64,000 nt of DNA from Zancudomyces culisetae HAW-14-8 (taxonomy: Eukaryota > Fungi > Kickxellomycota). The stretch covers positions 310,001-374,000 of the forward strand of contig JBNJNM010000012.1 of assembly GCA_052426225.1 (NCBI GenBank), written 5' to 3'. Positions within the stretch are counted from its first letter, which is position 1. Each line of letters starts with the position of its first letter. The notes beneath the pieces are model-generated. The model saw only the letters and a program-made list of their open reading frames with translations, was not told the DNA's origin and did no database searches. This document shows, piece by piece, positions 60,027 through 64,000 of this stretch. Both the position numbers and the translations under genes were made by a program.

Positions 60027-63000
60027 ATGGCAGCGAATACAAAAAACAAGATATACAAAGAGGAGTATATGTTGGCTAGAATGCCACAAACAGCAAAGAT
60101 GAAACAAGGGATTAGGCAGTTATGGTTTATGTCAATATTTGCACTAGTTTCGGTAGCTCTAATAGGAATCTCACACTATGTTATTAGAGAAAAAGAGGAT
60201 GGGTGCAACATGTCATACATGCATCCATTTTATATAAGACAAAATAGAATGGACAGCAGCGCCTGGACAAGATTTTCCAAGAAATATTCATTATATTTGT
60301 ACCGAGAAGGGGGGCTGGAGGTGGGAGAAGAGGCATACAGAGTGCCACTCTTATTTATTCCTGGGAATGCAGGGAGCTACAAACAGGTTCGATCTTTGGC
60401 CCGGGCAAGCGCTGAAATATTTTCCGAACTAACTAATGGTGGTAGGATCGAACCTACAGAGGGGAAAATAGGAATAGACTATTTTACACTTGATTTGAAC
60501 GAGGAATTCACGGCCTTTAATGGGAAAATACTTAGAGATCAAGCCGAGTATGTTAATGACTGTATAAAATATATTTTTTCGTTGTATAAAATGAATAGGC
60601 CCAAATACCTAAAGGGATATAAAAAGTATAGCACCCCAAGCTCAGTCATAGTTGTTGGGCATAGTATGGGTGGGATGGTTGCGCGAACTGCGCTTGCGCT
60701 TGAAAACTATGCTACAGGATCTATCAGTACGATGATTACTCTTTCAACACCCCATGTTTCTCCCACAGTAACATTTAATTCTGAAATAAGCGAGCTATAC
60801 ACAAAAGTGAATAAAAAAACCACCGAAATGAAATTAGACGGCAGGTTCAATAATATTTCGCTGGTATCGATAGTAGGAGGAGATATGGATGGAATGATAA
60901 ATAGCGATCTAGCGTATTTAGATGGACTGGTCGATCAAAAGAATGGATTCACAGTGATGAGTAGTACTATGAGGGGTGTTTGGATGAGTATAGACCACCA
61001 GTGCATATTATGGTGTAGACAACTAGTTCAAGTTTTGGCACATACATTATACGATATACTGGATGCTCGAAAACTTTCTCAAACTGTTGATGTACAGGAG
61101 AGGATGAGAATTTTTAGACATAGATTACTAAGTGGTGAATTTGGAGCCTCTGACGACATTGCTGGGAGTAAACTACAACCAACAGAAAAGAAAACCAGCA
61201 TAGATGTTCCCGAAAACTATGTGTCGACGATCCATAAGAAAACAAGATTTGTAATGACGGCGTTTGATACGAAAGATGGACATAGCGCAAAAATGCAGGT
61301 GCACATACTTGAAAATCCCAATAAAAACGCACGGAATTCAAGCGAAAGTGTTACCAGCCTGGGGCTGCAGTTTTTGGCACACACTTCACGGAGTACTGGG
61401 GAAAGTAATATAGAATATCTAAATTTAATGTGCTGCAACCCAATTTCTTCGAAAAACAATCCTGAAGTCGGTAGTTTCATCATTGAAAACCAGAGTTTGG
61501 ATGGCTACTTTTCATGTACATGGTTGGATCCTATCAGAGCAGCGGCTATACCTACTGGAAAGCGTGGACAGTCACTAGAAGCACAATTTGTGGAGATGAA
61601 TGCCAATGAATTTGATCAGTGTGGCTATGTTGGGTTAACGCGTCCTACGACTGTTTCAAATGCAAATAGAGGCATTTTGAGAGAAAATTTTGCAAGTAGG
61701 ATTGAACTAAGGTTTGTGGACCTAGAAAGAACAAAGATACTTGATAGAAAAATAAGATTTGGCGATATGCTCTTGTCTAGGAGGTTAACCTGGTCCAAAG
61801 CTGAAAATGCCTCAAAACTAGGGCCTAGAGGAGAAGAGTCGATGCGTGGTCGGATATCAATGGATGTTCCAGAAGATCCGCTATTTCTGTACAAGTTGAC
61901 TGTTTCTGCGCTAAAAGAAAATCGAGGAACGGAGAAGTGGAAACCGATATGTATCCGTCAAACCGACAACAGAAAATTCGAAAGCAAATTTTGGGGAAAC
62001 ACGAACAATGCAAATATAGCAGTTCATGGACGTGGGGCCTATAATTTTGGCCACCAAGCTGAAGTAGATAGATACCAATTTGGTGGGATAGATCTGGATA
62101 TATTTAGTCTCGAGTTCCCGGAAACACAGGGAATCAGCATTAAAATTGAAATTGATTGGTTTTCCTCACTGGCACGGTCCGTTTATCGCCACTATTCATC
62201 TGTGCTCGTCTTGATGTTTATATGGGCGGTGTCTTGTCAATATGTGCAACTTTCACAGATATTTGCCCAGAAAATCATCACAAAAAAAGATAAAAAATCA
62301 GATGTAATAGAGGACGTGCGTGTTATCTCATCGATAACAGCCCTATCCATAATCGGACTGAGAAGATACGGAATGGGTATTATAACATTCATGGTATTGG
62401 CAGGGATGTATTTACAAGAAGCGATTTTGTCGAACCAGGTAATAAGTCGGAATAACATTAAACTGCAAATATTCCTTCAAAATCTGCTCTTTGGATACAG
62501 AGGAAATGGATACCTCGCCCCTTTGTTTCCTATTCTAACCATCCCTATATCATTTGGGCTTTCTTTTCTACTCTTTTGTATCATGAAACTGATATGCGAA
62601 GGACTTGCACTGCTCCTAAGCATCAGAGCCAAAAAAAACCTGTACAATCGCTCCCTGGCCGCGGCTAAGCTTTTTGGAGATGGATCCAAGAGTGACACAC
62701 ATTCTGCTGATACTCTTCCTGAGCACTCATACAATATTGGTAGCCTTGCACTCTTTTCTGCTGAAAATGGACCAAACTGTTGTGTTTACCAACTTACAAA
62801 GCATTTAAACACATTTGCAGATATAGATGACTACGATACTTCGATGCACGATGGCTATGGGGAAGCTACAAAGAATTGCAACCAGGACTGTGTGATAAAG
62901 ACCTCACCAAATACCATAAAAAGTTTGACCATCCCCGGATCATCATTTTCTCTTTATGGAATGTTCCGACCGATATTTGTAATCAAAAAAACATTAATTA

Positions 63001-63635
63001 TGTTGGTCGTGGTTTCAGTACTGGTGAACTTTTTTGTTCCATATCAGCTGATTTTTATTGCTGTGTTTATATGTCAAGCGTTAATTGTAATCCGAAAGAG
63101 CAGCTACTGTCGACTGATAAATGACCTACTAAACCCAGCTCACCGTAAAAAATGTTTAAAATGCGCAAATCTAGTCCGATACTACAAAAACGCCGTAAAC
63201 TACCGGCTTGGGATGTTGTATATTTGGTTCCAGTTGATTCCTTTCTGTGTTTTTGAATCCCTAACATGGTTTAGAAACATTAGTGTCCATTGGTTTGACA
63301 ACGCAATGAGCGCACACCAGTATTTTAGGATTTTGCCCATTCTTCTTCTGATCACTTTGTCATGCAAAGTATTGACAACACCATCAAGCCATCTCGACAT
63401 GAGGAAATCCAATGGAAGTAATATGAAAATCGCTGGCATTTCTGGCGATTCCCTTGAAACTTTTTACAAGAACAACAGATATTATATTACAAAACTGGTC
63501 ATAAAATGGTTTTATTTTTCGATAATTGCCATTTCGGCACTGTTCGGGTTTGCAAGACCGTTTCTGATGTATGACTTCAATCTGCTAATCTCATTATTTA
63601 TCATTTTATTGTACTTTTTAGAGTCAAAGTATTAA
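60027..63635 (+). CDS. BST1: GPI inositol-deacylase (PGAP1 family)
   Basis: Motifs GCNMSYMHP, KYSLYLYREG, PLLFIPGNAGSYKQVRSLA, lipase motif VGHSMGG, TLSTPH and DHQCILWCRQL. Multiple C-terminal TM segments. Confidence 0.95.
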   Translation: MAANTKNKIYKEEYMLARMPQTAKMKQGIRQLWFMSIFALVSVALIGISHYVIREKEDGCNMSYMHPFYIRQNRMDSSAWTRFSKKYSLYLYREGGLEVGEEAYRVPLLFIPGNAGSYKQVRSLARASAEIFSELTNGGRIEPTEGKIGIDYFTLDLNEEFTAFNGKILRDQAEYVNDCIKYIFSLYKMNRPKYLKGYKKYSTPSSVIVVGHSMGGMVARTALALENYATGSISTMITLSTPHVSPTVTFNSEISELYTKVNKKTTEMKLDGRFNNISLVSIVGGDMDGMINSDLAYLDGLVDQKNGFTVMSSTMRGVWMSIDHQCILWCRQLVQVLAHTLYDILDARKLSQTVDVQERMRIFRHRLLSGEFGASDDIAGSKLQPTEKKTSIDVPENYVSTIHKKTRFVMTAFDTKDGHSAKMQVHILENPNKNARNSSESVTSLGLQFLAHTSRSTGESNIEYLNLMCCNPISSKNNPEVGSFIIENQSLDGYFSCTWLDPIRAAAIPTGKRGQSLEAQFVEMNANEFDQCGYVGLTRPTTVSNANRGILRENFASRIELRFVDLERTKILDRKIRFGDMLLSRRLTWSKAENASKLGPRGEESMRGRISMDVPEDPLFLYKLTVSALKENRGTEKWKPICIRQTDNRKFESKFWGNTNNANIAVHGRGAYNFGHQAEVDRYQFGGIDLDIFSLEFPETQGISIKIEIDWFSSLARSVYRHYSSVLVLMFIWAVSCQYVQLSQIFAQKIITKKDKKSDVIEDVRVISSITALSIIGLRRYGMGIITFMVLAGMYLQEAILSNQVISRNNIKLQIFLQNLLFGYRGNGYLAPLFPILTIPISFGLSFLLFCIMKLICEGLALLLSIRAKKNLYNRSLAAAKLFGDGSKSDTHSADTLPEHSYNIGSLALFSAENGPNCCVYQLTKHLNTFADIDDYDTSMHDGYGEATKNCNQDCVIKTSPNTIKSLTIPGSSFSLYGMFRPIFVIKKTLIMLVVVSVLVNFFVPYQLIFIAVFICQALIVIRKSSYCRLINDLLNPAHRKKCLKCANLVRYYKNAVNYRLGMLYIWFQLIPFCVFESLTWFRNISVHWFDNAMSAHQYFRILPILLLITLSCKVLTTPSSHLDMRKSNGSNMKIAGISGDSLETFYKNNRYYITKLVIKWFYFSIIAISALFGFARPFLMYDFNLLISLFIILLYFLESKY

Positions 63636-63838
63636 AAATAAACACACTTTTTCGTTCAATTTACCCAAGCCATATTCCAAGACCAAGTAATTACAAATTA
63701 TAAAACTAATGATGTAAAAAAAAGAAACTAGAGTCTGTAAAACATGAATGCGAACAATATTTATTCAAATGAAATGAAATGGAAAAAAAAAACCTGAAGC
63801 ATTCAAAAACTAGCAAAAAAAAAGACAAAGCAGGAACC

Positions 63839-64000
63839 TTACAATGTCCAGGTAGTAGTGTTTGTATACTTTCCAATCCATTGGAATGCCTCTGAGAACC
63901 ATTGCAATCCATTGTATGGTTGAAGCACCCAGTGGTTCTCGTCAGGGAAGTACAACAATTTGGAATCGACACCACGTCTCTGCAAGGCGGTAAAGGTTGA
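63839..64000 (-). CDS. C-terminal end of an S9-family peptidase (dipeptidyl-peptidase V-like), partial at window edge
   Basis: Minus frame from 64000 reads STFTALQRRGVDSKLLYFPDENHWVLQPYNGLQWFSEAFQWIGKYTNTTTWTL*, containing the catalytic-His motif FPDENHWV. Confidence 0.88.
   Translation of the reverse strand, partial: STFTALQRRGVDSKLLYFPDENHWVLQPYNGLQWFSEAFQWIGKYTNTTTWTL

Overview
AT-rich, intron-containing eukaryotic DNA from an early-diverging fungus. Gene content and style suggest a Zoopagomycota/Kickxellomycotina, possibly Harpellales, insect-gut fungus; this placement is inference only. I reconstructed about 17 protein-coding loci by hand, several missed or fragmented by the ORF track: ORC5, a STE12-like transcription factor, an uncharacterised disordered protein, an SPX-domain PHO87/90/91-type phosphate transporter, LRO1 (PDAT), two half-size ABCA transporters, the AP-3 beta subunit, an HMMR-like coiled-coil protein, SHO1, an Sfp/LYS5-type phosphopantetheinyl transferase, RPB5, an RPA2-like protein, RPS1, BST1 and the 3' end of a dipeptidyl-peptidase V. 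The most notable structure is a pair of directly repeated secreted-protein genes at about 25.8-29.5 kb and 36.2-38.3 kb that bracket one ABCA gene. A second exon, whose coding frame is absent from the ORF track, encodes a His/Asn-rich segment, a LysM domain and a hevein/CBM18 chitin-binding domain with no catalytic domain. The two copies are nearly identical in promoter, signal peptide, intron and chitin-binding head, but have entirely different central stalks: a roughly 1.6-kb KTKTKDED polyampholyte array versus a short Ser/Thr stalk interrupted by an in-frame TGA. I recognised no tRNA, rRNA, CRISPR array or autonomous transposon.
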